From IMG/VR virus record IMGVR_UViG_3300028827_000091, positions 4,106 to 68,105 of that record: DNA of 64,000 nucleotides; one strand, written 5' to 3'. This DNA comes from a virus. The position numbers were made by a program, and so were the translations under genes. Under the pieces are notes generated by a model that did not search any database, was not told the origin of the DNA, and saw only the letters and a list, made by a program, of their open reading frames with translations. Shown one piece after another: positions 63,703 through 64,000 of the stretch (within the stretch, counting starts at the first letter, position 1; the number at the start of each line of letters is the position of its first letter).

Positions 63703-64000
63703 GATTATTCATTTGATTTATAATTTCGAAAAGAAACGATTGAATAGTAATACTGCTAATCGGAGTTGGTGGTCGTTAAGAAACTATGATAATGAATTTG
63801 AATATATTATGCAAGAAACTTCTCATTTGAAGGAACCCAGTTGGGCAGAACGAATTTATCATTTTATGAATGGTATGAAAGAAGTGCCTATTTGTCCAGT
63901 GTGCCGTCGTAATGAATTGTCATTCTTAAATATCAATAAAGGATATATGACAGCTTGTTCGTTATATTGCTCGAATCGTAATCCAAAACGTGGAGCAAAG
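63689..64000 (+). CDS. Partial Hef-like endonuclease (third copy), not in the ORF track
   Basis: Open frame from TTG 63689 to the window edge: ...ERIYHFMNGMKEVPICPVC...TACSLYCSNRNPKR, resembling the N-termini of 1370 and 2829. Confidence 0.65.
   Translation, partial: MSRNEIIHLIYNFEKKRLNSNTANRSWWSLRNYDNEFEYIMQETSHLKEPSWAERIYHFMNGMKEVPICPVCRRNELSFLNINKGYMTACSLYCSNRNPKRGAK

Overview
A 64-kb segment of a large T4-like (myovirus) phage genome, almost entirely on the + strand. It runs from gp23 major capsid, two Hef-like endonucleases, gp3, uvsY and uvsW through a ~1-kb structured non-coding gap to gp55, gp47, gp46, a VWA/MoxR pair, gp45, gp44, gp62 and regA. Next come a 7-deazaguanine DNA-modification cluster (queD, queE, folE, a second QueD-like protein and a TGT/DpdA-like enzyme, with no queC in the window, interleaved with two glycosyltransferases, a cytidylyltransferase and two oxidoreductases), dNMP kinase, gp43, an NAD+ salvage pair and an SspB-like adaptor. 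An RNA-rich accessory region holds 30 conventional tRNAs covering all 20 amino acids, a tmRNA, an HDV-like (theta-type) ribozyme and several tRNA-like or orphan structured RNAs. The window ends with uvsX, gp41, a late cassette of putative injected head proteins, gp61 and a ribonucleotide reductase split at an intein by another endonuclease. Strongest novelty candidates: (1) tRNA-like RNAs with mutually complementary loops (GAGTAGCGACC / GGTCGCTACTC); (2) a possibly glycosylated deazaguanine modification pathway; (3) a phage-encoded ribosome rescue kit (tmRNA, SspB, Pth-like, EF-Ts-like); (4) a ~400-nt antisense structured RNA facing a GNA-hairpin, origin-like array. All calls come from manual motif recognition; no searches, folds or counts were run.
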